64,000 bases of DNA from the IMG/VR virus record IMGVR_UViG_3300042691_044682, positions 28,322-92,321 of that record, one strand, 5' to 3'. Made by a program: the position numbers and the translations under genes. The notes under the pieces were generated by a model. It saw nothing but the letters and a program-made list of their open reading frames with translations, was not told where the DNA came from and made no database searches. Below, one piece after another: positions 8,344 to 15,787 of the stretch (position 1 is the first letter of the stretch; each line of letters opens with the position of its first letter). The stretch comes from a virus.

Positions 8344-8901
8344 ATGCCCGACTGCTTCGTGTGCCCGCTTGGCGGGAACGCGAAAGCCATGTCCTTCGCC
8401 GAGTTCTTCCGGCGCTTCCCCCACCGCCTCGTCCCCGAGGCATGGGAGGCGCTCGCAATCGCCGCCATGACCGACCAGATCATCGAGTTCCGCGACGATC
8501 GGCACGACCCCATGAAGGCCGTGTCGACCAACTTCGTCACCACGAACCCGACGGTGCCCGACGGCGCGCCGTACTGGTCGATATCCGCCAGGACGCTGAA
8601 GCTCGCCACCGCGCGCACGCTGCTTCACCAGCCGCAAGCGCGCGTCGTGACGCCGACGAAGCTCCTCACCGACGATCGTGGTCCGAAGACCACCTATCGC
8701 CTCGGCCTGCGTGCCTCGGTGACCGTGGACTCAGACGTCCTCGTCGACGCGCATTCGCCCGACGACGCGATCGCGCTCTTCGAAGCGTCCCCCGATCGCT
8801 ACCACGGCGAAGCCATGGACGTGCTCGAGAACTCCTGGGACTGGCACGAGCTGACGCCCATGCAATGGATCGTCGTCTCCGCCATCCCCACGGACGACTG
8901 A
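8344..8901 (+). CDS. hypothetical early protein
   Basis: MPDCFVCP start after element D. Confidence 0.75.
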   Translation: MPDCFVCPLGGNAKAMSFAEFFRRFPHRLVPEAWEALAIAAMTDQIIEFRDDRHDPMKAVSTNFVTTNPTVPDGAPYWSISARTLKLATARTLLHQPQARVVTPTKLLTDDRGPKTTYRLGLRASVTVDSDVLVDAHSPDDAIALFEASPDRYHGEAMDVLENSWDWHELTPMQWIVVSAIPTDD

Positions 8902-8999
8902 CATGCCGCATGCCGCCGGCGCCCCGTGCGCCGGCGTGCAAGCCGGCCCGCCCGCTGCCGGGCCTGCCCGTCGTGGCACTAGCAGCGCAGGAGACAGCC
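8902..8999 (+). repeat. intergenic element E
   Basis: S1 8942-8950/8959-8967; S2 cgctgc 8953/gcagcg 8982; core ccgtcgt 8968; SD aggag. Confidence 0.85.
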
Positions 9000-9644
9000 A
9001 TGAGCTTCCCCTTGCCGAGCGTGCGCTCCGTCTCCGGAGTGGCGCTCAAGGCGGCACTCGATGTGATCGCGACCGTGGCCCGCTGGCGGGACGCCCTGCC
9101 GAACGACCCCGACACGATCCGCGACGCCGCCATCAAGGCTCTGGCCGCGCTCGAGCTCATCCGCGAAGCCCCCACCGCCACCGCGGCGCGGGGCTTCAAG
9201 ACCGACGCCCTTTCCGAAGACGAGATCCTCGCCCTCTACGCCGCCCGCAACGCCTGGTTTCGAGCCGGCTGGCGCGCAATCGACCGGGCGATGGCCGTCT
9301 ACGGCCCCGACTGGGGGAAGGTGCCCGGCAACCGTGTCTATGCCACGGTGCCGCGCAACCTGCGCTTCCGCTACAACCGGCACACCCGCAAGGTGACCCT
9401 CGATGCCGCCCAGCAGATCATCGCCGCCCCGGTCTTCTGGGTCGACGGCGACCTGCCGGCCGAGGTGACGATCGGCGGAGTGGTGCCGTCCCCCTGGCAA
9501 CCCGACCTCGCCAGGCTCTCCCGCGAGGGCGAGATCTGGTCGAGCGGGAAGTGGGCGAAGACCTTCGAGATGAGGGTCGACTACGAGCTCTGGCGCGCGA
9601 AGTACCCGGACCAGTACCGGAACACTTCGGCCACCAGGTCATAG
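9000..9644 (+). CDS. hypothetical early protein
   Basis: MSFPLPS start after element E. Confidence 0.75.
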   Translation: MSFPLPSVRSVSGVALKAALDVIATVARWRDALPNDPDTIRDAAIKALAALELIREAPTATAARGFKTDALSEDEILALYAARNAWFRAGWRAIDRAMAVYGPDWGKVPGNRVYATVPRNLRFRYNRHTRKVTLDAAQQIIAAPVFWVDGDLPAEVTIGGVVPSPWQPDLARLSREGEIWSSGKWAKTFEMRVDYELWRAKYPDQYRNTSATRS

Positions 9645-9741
9645 CCGATGGGCCATGCCACCCCTCGCGGGAGGCATGCGCCAACGGACCGCCGCGCCCC
9701 CCCGGCACCGTCCTCCGAGGCGGGGGGCCATGGAGACCACC
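9645..9741 (+). repeat. intergenic element F (close relative of B)
   Basis: S1 9684-9694/9703-9711; S2 gcccccc 9696/ggggggc 9722; core cctccga 9712. Confidence 0.85.
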
Positions 9742-10479
9742 ATGACCGACTTCACCCTCGCCGGCTCCGATGTCGGCGTGCGGCGCGTCGACTTCGCCGG
9801 GCTCGTCGCTGAGCTCGGCGACGACGCCGCGCTGGACGCCATCGCCGCCACCGAAAATGGCGGCGTGCATCGCGCGCCCGGCACGCCGGTTCGCCTGGTC
9901 CGCCGCTTCAAGAGCGGCGACGAGGCGCTCGGCTTCGACTACTTCGCCCGCAAGGCCGGCGTCTCCCCCGAGGAGCGCGCCACGCCGGAGGGCGAGCCCG
10001 CCGACGACGACAAAAACGACGAGACCAACCGCAACGCTCCCCTCGAAGGGGAGGCGCTCGCACCCTCGTATCAGCACCTCTACACGACGTTCCAGCAGGA
10101 CCCTGAGTCGGTCCAGCTGAAGCGCGTGACCGTGCGCTTCTCCCTAACGGTGCCCGTCAGCCTGGCTGTGCGGGCGCCCGACGAGAAGGCCGCGCGCGAG
10201 GTGGTTCGCCGCTACATCACCGGCGAGGAATTCGACACCGACACGGCCATCCTGATGAGCCCGGTGGACATCCTCGCCGCCGCGGCGCGCCGCCTGGAGA
10301 ATGCCGAGAACCTGGCCGAGGCCGAATGGTCGGCCTCCACCTTGCGCGTCGAAGACGTGACCAAGGAGGAGGTCGAGAAGCTGCTGCGGCGCCTGCTCGC
10401 GGAGGAACTCCGCGCCTACCAGGAGACCGTCGTCAGCAACGTCGACGCACTCGCCGCCATCTTCGAGCGCGGTGGTTGA
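9742..10479 (+). CDS. hypothetical acidic early protein
   Basis: MTDFTL start after element F. Confidence 0.75.
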   Translation: MTDFTLAGSDVGVRRVDFAGLVAELGDDAALDAIAATENGGVHRAPGTPVRLVRRFKSGDEALGFDYFARKAGVSPEERATPEGEPADDDKNDETNRNAPLEGEALAPSYQHLYTTFQQDPESVQLKRVTVRFSLTVPVSLAVRAPDEKAAREVVRRYITGEEFDTDTAILMSPVDILAAAARRLENAENLAEAEWSASTLRVEDVTKEEVEKLLRRLLAEELRAYQETVVSNVDALAAIFERGG

Positions 10480-10569
10480 TCGCATGCCCGCCCGGCCCCG
10501 CGTCGGGCGGGACATGCGATGCCTCGCCCCCGGGCATCGCCCGTCGCGAATGGGGGCCGGAGACACCAT
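10480..10569 (+). repeat. intergenic element G
   Basis: S1 gcgatgcct 10516/gggcatcgc 10532; S2 gccccc 10526/gggggc 10552; core ccgtcgc 10541. Confidence 0.9.
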
Positions 10570-11187
10570 ATGTCCTCCATCCAGATGCCGCCCCCCAATC
10601 GCGGGGACCGGCGCCGCCTCGAGCGCAAGCAGCGCAAGAGGAACCGGAAGTATCCCATCTTCGGAATGATGGCCCACGGGACCTCCCGTGACCACGAAGA
10701 GCTCGCCCGCACCCCCGAACAGTCCGCCGATCACCACATGAAGATGATGAAGGACCTGTTCGAGAAGGCTGGCGCCAACTCGACGCCGCACCTGATCACA
10801 TTCGGCCCGTCGGGCTCGATGTTCATCCTCGGCGACCCCGAGGAACACGACAACGCGACCTCGGTCGCGCCTTCGCAAGCGAAGGTGGTCGCCTGGACGG
10901 CGGCCTGGGCCAAGCGCCGCAACGCCGACAGGTACGTCCTCGGCGTCGGTGCCTGGGTCATGCCGAACGCCCTGGCGAACGACCGGCAGCCGCGCCGTTG
11001 CATCCTCGTCGTCGTGGACGATCGCGAAGCCGGCCTAACCATCAAGGCCAGCGAGGTGGTGCACGATCCGAAGACGGACTCCATCGTCGGGTTCAACGAC
11101 CACGCCCCGATCGACCTGGGGATCCAGAAGGTCCTCTTCCGCAACCTGCTGCCGGCCAAGTCGGTCGGCGCAGAACTCGCCGCATGA
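10570..11187 (+). CDS. hypothetical early protein (N-terminal NRxxRR motif)
   Basis: MSSIQ start after element G. Confidence 0.75.
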   Translation: MSSIQMPPPNRGDRRRLERKQRKRNRKYPIFGMMAHGTSRDHEELARTPEQSADHHMKMMKDLFEKAGANSTPHLITFGPSGSMFILGDPEEHDNATSVAPSQAKVVAWTAAWAKRRNADRYVLGVGAWVMPNALANDRQPRRCILVVVDDREAGLTIKASEVVHDPKTDSIVGFNDHAPIDLGIQKVLFRNLLPAKSVGAELAA

Positions 11188-11280
11188 GAGTCCGGCGCCC
11201 CTTCCCGGGGCGCCGGCGCTAGCGGCGTCTCCCCCCGGGCGCCGCCCTTCGATCACGGGGGATCATGGAGAACCACTACC
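11188..11280 (+). repeat. intergenic element H
   Basis: S1 gcggcgtc 11222/ggcgccgc 11238; S2 tccccc 11230/ggggga 11257; core ccttcga 11246. Confidence 0.85.
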
Positions 11281-11580
11281 ATGACGACCAACGCTGCGCG
11301 CCGCGACCCGGCGCGCATCGAGCAGGCCATCGAGTGCCTGCGCCACGCCCGCCGCCTCCTCCGCAAGGCGGGCTGCAAGCGCGCCGCCCAGCGCGTCCGC
11401 GGCGCCCTCAAGAGCGCCGAGGGCGCGCACCGGCACGCCGAGAACCTGGTGGTCCGGCACGGCGACTACGGCCCGCCGGCGCCCGCCATCACCACCGACC
11501 TACTGCAGCCGCCGCCCGACCTCGCCCAGAAGTGGGAGGCCGAGGCGCGCCGGCTGACCGCGGCGGCGGGAGCCTCGTGA
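11281..11580 (+). CDS. hypothetical early protein
   Basis: ATG after element H. Confidence 0.7.
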   Translation: MTTNAARRDPARIEQAIECLRHARRLLRKAGCKRAAQRVRGALKSAEGAHRHAENLVVRHGDYGPPAPAITTDLLQPPPDLAQKWEAEARRLTAAAGAS

Positions 11581-11876
11581 TGAACACGCCGCTCCCGCCG
11601 CCGGTCGGCTTCGTCGTCTACCGCAGCGCCGCGAAAGCGGCGGTGCAGTGGAGCCGCACCGTGAAGCTCGCCGAGACCAAGACCTTCGTCGAGGCCTGCA
11701 TCAAGGCCGTCGCGCACTCCAAGAAGATCAACGGGGAGACCCGCGTCTTCCCGGTCGGTGCCGACCCCCGCAATGGCGCAAATGCCTGGGCGGTGGCCTG
11801 GTACGGCGAGACCATCCACCTGCGGCACGGCCCGTCGATGCGCGACATCATCGCGCGCGCCGCGGCCGCGACCTGA
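11580..11876 (+). CDS. hypothetical early protein
   Basis: TGATG coupling, MNTPLP. Confidence 0.7.
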   Translation: MNTPLPPPVGFVVYRSAAKAAVQWSRTVKLAETKTFVEACIKAVAHSKKINGETRVFPVGADPRNGANAWAVAWYGETIHLRHGPSMRDIIARAAAAT

Positions 11877-11969
11877 TCGTCTGCCACCGCCGGCTTCGGC
11901 CGGCGGTGCGCAAGCGATGCCACGCCCCCGGGCATTGCCCGTCGCGAACAGGGGGCCATGGAGACCACC
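11877..11969 (+). repeat. intergenic element I (close relative of G)
   Basis: UUCG hairpin; S1 gcgatgcc 11914/ggcattgc 11931; S2 gccccc 11924/gggggc 11951; core ccgtcgc 11939. Confidence 0.9.
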
Positions 11970-12296
11970 ATGACCATCTCACTCGAATTCCAGCGCGTCG
12001 TGATGCTCAGCACCGGGCACATCACGAAGGACGACAACGAGCGCCTGCACGAAATGGCGCTCGCCGACCTTGAGGACGGCGCGCAGCCGTTCCTGGTCGC
12101 GTCCTATTATGGGGGCTTCCTCATCCGAGTGCTCGGGGAGCCCATCTTCCCCGAAACGCTTCATCAGCGCGAGAATGCCGGCCTGTCCGATGCCTTCCTT
12201 GCCCTGATGAAGTTGGCGGCCGAGCACAAGGCGGACTGGCTTCGCCTCGACACGGACGGCCTCACCTCCGATGAGTTGCCCACTTTCGAGTGGTGA
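11970..12296 (+). CDS. DUF5983-like protein
   Basis: LSTGHIT...YGGFLI...WLRLDTDG...LPTFEW. Confidence 0.7.
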   Translation: MTISLEFQRVVMLSTGHITKDDNERLHEMALADLEDGAQPFLVASYYGGFLIRVLGEPIFPETLHQRENAGLSDAFLALMKLAAEHKADWLRLDTDGLTSDELPTFEW

Positions 12297-12400
12297 CCAA
12301 GCCGCATGCCGCCACCGGCCCGTCCGGTGGTGCGCATGCCTTCCGTCCCGCCCGCGCGGGAGGCCCGTCGTGGCCATAGCGGGCGAGGAGACCTCCCCCC
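12297..12400 (+). repeat. intergenic element J
   Basis: S1 gccttccgt 12338/gcgggaggc 12356; S2 cgcccgc 12349/gcgggcg 12379; core ccgtcgt 12365; SD aggag. Confidence 0.9.
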
Positions 12401-13792
12401 ATGGGGAAGAACCCTTTTCCTCCGGCGACGCCAGACGACCTGGCGCGCGTCGCGCCCATGCTCAGCTTCATGTCGAGCATGGAAGGCAGCTCGCGCTTCG
12501 CATCGGCGCTCCTCGAGGCCTTCAACCTCGTGAAGCTCGATGCGGAGACGCGCGCCTGGCTCGAAGGCCCCGTGGTGGTGCATTCCACCTCGACCTGGCC
12601 GATCGAGCACGGCGATACCCCCCGCTGGATGCTGGACCGGATCCCGGCCGAGAGGCTGGAGATCGTCATGGGCCAGCATCCGGGGATGATCGTCGGCCCG
12701 TGCGAGATCGCAGCGGTGATGCAAAGCGCCATCCATACGGCGCCCCTCACCATGCAAGGCAATGGCCTGTATCTCTGGGCCACGGCCCGCGCGCTGCAGC
12801 ATCGCACGCACGAAGACGGCACCCCGAATCCGCTGTCGGTGGAGGAAGCCGAGCGCATGCTCGGATCCCGGCTCCCACAGGACGCCGAGATCCTCAGCGC
12901 GGCCGGCATGTACCACCAGGACTACCGCTCCCTCTGCGCCGAGATCCGGCGCAAGGTGGCGGCAGGCGGGGGCAAGCGCATCGCGCCTGGTCTCAGGCCG
13001 CGGCCTGCTCCCCTGACGGCGCCCATCGCGGCGCCGCCCAAGACCGTCCCGGTCCCTTCCGAGGTCGCGGCCGTCCTGGCCACGTCGACCTGCGAGGGGA
13101 ACGTCCTCAAGCTCCCGCAGCAGCTCGATCGCCCGACCTACGAGGCGACCGATGCGGTGCTGAAGGCGCTGGGAGGGAAGTGGAATCGCCACAAGGGCGG
13201 GCACGTCTTCGCCGAAGACCCCGCCCCGCTGATCGCCAATGCCCTTGGCGACGGCGCGGTCATCGACCGCAAGAAGACCTTCGAGATCTTCGAGACGCCG
13301 CCCGAGGTGGCCGCGCGCATGGTGGGGATGCTCCCCGCCAGCGAGCGGCTCCTCGAGCCATCGGCCGGTACGGGCCGACTGGTGAAGGCAGCACTCCTCG
13401 CGGGCACGGCGCAGTCCATCCACGCCATCGAGGTTGACCCGCGCAACGTGGGCGAGCTGCGAGCGATCGCAGATCCCCGCGTCGCGGTGATCCATGGCGA
13501 CTTCCTTTCCATCGCCGGAGACACCACATATGACGCCTGCGCGATGAACCCGCCGTTCCGAAACGGCGCCGACATTGCGCATGTGCGTCGTGCCTACGAG
13601 CTGCTTCGGCCAGGCGGCACCCTCGTCGCCATCATGAGCGAGGGCGCGTTCCACCAGCAGCAGCGCCGGGCCAAGGAGTTCCGCTCCTGGCTCCGCGACC
13701 TCAAGACCGAGACGGAGAAACTGCCCGCCGGGACCTTCCGCCAGGAAGGCACCGACGTGGTTACGCGGCTCATCCAGATCCGGAAGCCGTGA
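12401..13792 (+). CDS. unknown N-terminal domain fused to N6-adenine-type methyltransferase
   Basis: FETPPEVA, LEPSAGTG (motif I), MNPPF (motif IV). Confidence 0.85.
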   Translation: MGKNPFPPATPDDLARVAPMLSFMSSMEGSSRFASALLEAFNLVKLDAETRAWLEGPVVVHSTSTWPIEHGDTPRWMLDRIPAERLEIVMGQHPGMIVGPCEIAAVMQSAIHTAPLTMQGNGLYLWATARALQHRTHEDGTPNPLSVEEAERMLGSRLPQDAEILSAAGMYHQDYRSLCAEIRRKVAAGGGKRIAPGLRPRPAPLTAPIAAPPKTVPVPSEVAAVLATSTCEGNVLKLPQQLDRPTYEATDAVLKALGGKWNRHKGGHVFAEDPAPLIANALGDGAVIDRKKTFEIFETPPEVAARMVGMLPASERLLEPSAGTGRLVKAALLAGTAQSIHAIEVDPRNVGELRAIADPRVAVIHGDFLSIAGDTTYDACAMNPPFRNGADIAHVRRAYELLRPGGTLVAIMSEGAFHQQQRRAKEFRSWLRDLKTETEKLPAGTFRQEGTDVVTRLIQIRKP

Positions 13793-13885
13793 TCGCATGC
13801 CGCCGCCTGGGCAACCGGGCGGCGCGCAAGCGTCTCAGCCGCCCCCCATGGGACGCCCGTCGTGAACGGGGGGAAGGAGATACCC
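13793..13885 (+). repeat. intergenic element K
   Basis: GCAA hairpin; S1 gcgtctca 13830/tgggacgc 13849; S2 cccccc 13842/gggggg 13868; core ccgtcgt 13857. Confidence 0.9.
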
Positions 13886-14014
13886 ATGATCGCTCAGCTG
13901 CTCGAACTCGTCGGGAAATTCATGCTGGCGATGGCGAACACGGTCGCCGCCTTGATGGTGGTGGTCGATATGATTCGCCGTCGCAGCGCCCCGGCGCAGG
14001 TCGGGAGCTACTGA
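13886..14014 (+). CDS. small hydrophobic peptide (42 aa, not in ORF track)
   Basis: aaggag SD; MIAQLLELVGKFMLAMANTVAALMVVVDMIRRRSAPAQVGSY; flanked by elements K and L. Confidence 0.7.
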   Translation: MIAQLLELVGKFMLAMANTVAALMVVVDMIRRRSAPAQVGSY

Positions 14015-14112
14015 CCGCGTGCCGCCGGCCTCCGCTCAGGGGGCCGGCGTGCAAGCCGGTCCGCGCCCCAGGGACCGGCCCTTCGAGGAAATGGGGCGAA
14101 GGAAGAGAGAGC
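14015..14112 (+). repeat. intergenic element L
   Basis: S1 gccggtcc 14055/ggaccggc 14072; S2 cgcccca 14064/tggggcg 14092; core ccttcga 14080. Confidence 0.9.
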
Positions 14113-14268
14113 ATGACCGGAACATTCGCGTTGGACCTCAGGACCATCGCGCACGCCCTCCTGCCGGAGGGGCTGCGCCGCTGGCTGGCCCACCTCCTCG
14201 AGCGCTTCGGGGAGGTGGCCGCCTTCGGCACGGCGATCATCGCTCTGGTGGTCGGCATTCTGCGCTGA
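14113..14268 (+). CDS. small peptide with C-terminal hydrophobic helix (51 aa)
   Basis: MTGTFALDL...VAAFGTAIIALVVGILR. Confidence 0.65.
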   Translation: MTGTFALDLRTIAHALLPEGLRRWLAHLLERFGEVAAFGTAIIALVVGILR

Positions 14269-14291
14269 CCACCGCACTGGCCCATCTGGGC

Positions 14292-14327
14292 GACGCCGCT
14301 TCGGGAGACCGGGGCGGCGTTTTTTCT
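14292..14327 (+). terminator. intrinsic terminator ending the early array
   Basis: gacgccgcttcgg-gaga-ccggggcggcgtt followed by T tract. Confidence 0.85.
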
Positions 14328-14358
14328 GTTGCGCCGCGAATCGCAGTATGCTGTGAAC

Positions 14359-14454
14359 CACATCGAGCCGCCTCCCCGGCGGCTCGACATTCTTGGACGT
14401 TTCCTCCCTAGACTCGGCCGCTGGCGGACCACCCGCCGGCGGCCTTTCTTTTTT
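14359..14454 (+). ncRNA. suhB/MmgR (alpha-r8)-like small RNA
   Basis: 5' hairpin, then TCTTGGACGTTTCCTCCCTAGACT, then intrinsic terminator; TATGCT -10 at 14347. Confidence 0.7.
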
Positions 14455-14458
14455 CCGC

Positions 14459-14487
14459 TTGACGCAAACCACAGGATCGTGTTGTTT
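14459..14487 (+). promoter_or_regulatory. promoter with overlapping CACA-N6-TGT operator
   Basis: TTGACG-N17-TTGTTT; aaccaca-ggatcg-tgttgtt 14467-14486. Confidence 0.6.
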
Positions 14488-14515
14488 TCCTCTCGTCGTT
14501 ATGACGGAGGCGAGA

Positions 14516-15379
14516 GTGAGCGACGCGATAGATGTGGCCGAGGCCCCGGCGGTTCCGGCGAGGCCCACACCCCGGGAGCCGGGGCTCCATTTCAATGTGC
14601 CGGAGGCCGAGTACCACTCGGGGCCGGAAGTCTCCGTCTCGAAGCTCAAGCGCCTGGCCGTCGCGCCCGCGAAGGTCCTGGTGCCGCAGAAGGAGACCGA
14701 GGCCCTCGCCGCCGGGACCCTGCGCCACATGGCGCTGCTCCAGCCCCATCTGCTCGAGGCGACCTACTTCGTGACCGACCTCGAGCGGATCTCCGCCCGC
14801 GAGAAGGCCACCCAGGCCGAGATCGAGCGCGCCGGCGGCCGCGAGCTGGTGAAGCGCGCGGAGTGGGAGGCCGCCCTGCGCCTGCGCGACGCCGTCCACA
14901 CCCACCCCACGCTGCGCGACATGCTCGCCCCCGAGGGCCTCGCCTGCGAGGCCAGCTTCTACTGGATCGACGCCGTGACGGGCCTGCGCTGCCGCGGCCG
15001 CGCCGACGCGCTGCGGCTCGACTGGGGGGTGGCGATCGACCTCAAGACCACCGAGGACGCCAGCCCCGCCGGCTTCGCGCGGGCCGTCGCGAACTACAAG
15101 TGGCACTGGCAGAACGCCTTCTATGCCCAGGGCCTGACCGCGACGTGGCAGGACCCGCAGGCGTTCTTCTTCGTCGCGGTCGAGAAGGAGCCGCCCTTCC
15201 TGCCGGCGATCTACGAGCTCGACCAGCGCGCCGTGGATCTCGGCCGGCGCGATGTCGCCGCCCAGCTCGAAATCTGGGCCCGCTGCGAGCGGGCCGGGAT
15301 CTGGCCCGGATACGACGAGCGGCCCGTGCGCCTCGATCTGCCCGGTTGGGCCTACGCGCAGGCCGGGGAGTACGCCTGA
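14516..15379 (+). CDS. recE: RecE-like exonuclease VIII (PD-(D/E)XK, DUF3799)
   Basis: EYH...VSVSKLK...GTLRH...EASFYW...CRGRAD...IDLKTT...QNAFY...FVAVEKEPP. Confidence 0.85.
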   Translation: MSDAIDVAEAPAVPARPTPREPGLHFNVPEAEYHSGPEVSVSKLKRLAVAPAKVLVPQKETEALAAGTLRHMALLQPHLLEATYFVTDLERISAREKATQAEIERAGGRELVKRAEWEAALRLRDAVHTHPTLRDMLAPEGLACEASFYWIDAVTGLRCRGRADALRLDWGVAIDLKTTEDASPAGFARAVANYKWHWQNAFYAQGLTATWQDPQAFFFVAVEKEPPFLPAIYELDQRAVDLGRRDVAAQLEIWARCERAGIWPGYDERPVRLDLPGWAYAQAGEYA

Positions 15380-15783
15380 TGTCCAGCGCCGCCACCATTC
15401 CCGCCGGCCTGGTCGCGCTCGGCCTGACCGACGGCCAGCGCCCCTTCGTGCTGGCCCAGGCCGAGATCGCCCAGTGCATGCATGACCTCGGGCTGGTCAT
15501 GCTGGCCCCGCCCTCCGAGGCGGCCGTCGCCCGCCTCGCCGGCGTCGCCGCCGGCCTGGACCGGGCCGCGAACAGGCTGCGCCGGGAGATCCTGCGCCAG
15601 GCGCCCGAGGCGGCGCCCGAACCCGCCGTCGTGACCCAGGAGATGTGCGAGGCCGCACATGCGGCCCTCGAGCAGCAGGCCAAGGGCGAGCTCTGGGACG
15701 ACGCCGATGAGGTCCTCGAGGGCATCGAATGGCCGCCCATCCTGAGCGCCGCGCTCGCCGCCCCCACCCAGCAGAAGGCATGA
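15379..15783 (+). CDS. hypothetical protein
   Basis: TGATG coupling. Confidence 0.7.
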   Translation: MSSAATIPAGLVALGLTDGQRPFVLAQAEIAQCMHDLGLVMLAPPSEAAVARLAGVAAGLDRAANRLRREILRQAPEAAPEPAVVTQEMCEAAHAALEQQAKGELWDDADEVLEGIEWPPILSAALAAPTQQKA

Positions 15784-15787
15784 CGCC

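Noticed and set aside
257-14112. CRISPR array interpretation of the recurring repeats
   Set aside because: Repeats are sequence-divergent and separated by whole genes; no cas genes in the window.
257-14112. Integron attC cassette array
   Set aside because: No RYYYAAC...GTTRRRY boxes; the only tyrosine recombinase is a typical phage integrase with its own attP.
257-14112. Simple intrinsic terminators or dsDNA promoters
   Set aside because: The hairpins lack U tracts (contrast 14292), and motif spacing varies with stem length.
8902-14112. HDV-like/theta, pistol or twister ribozyme, or SAM-II/preQ1 riboswitch
   Set aside because: No P3/L3 between S2a and S1b, and the conserved nucleotides of those classes are not visible.
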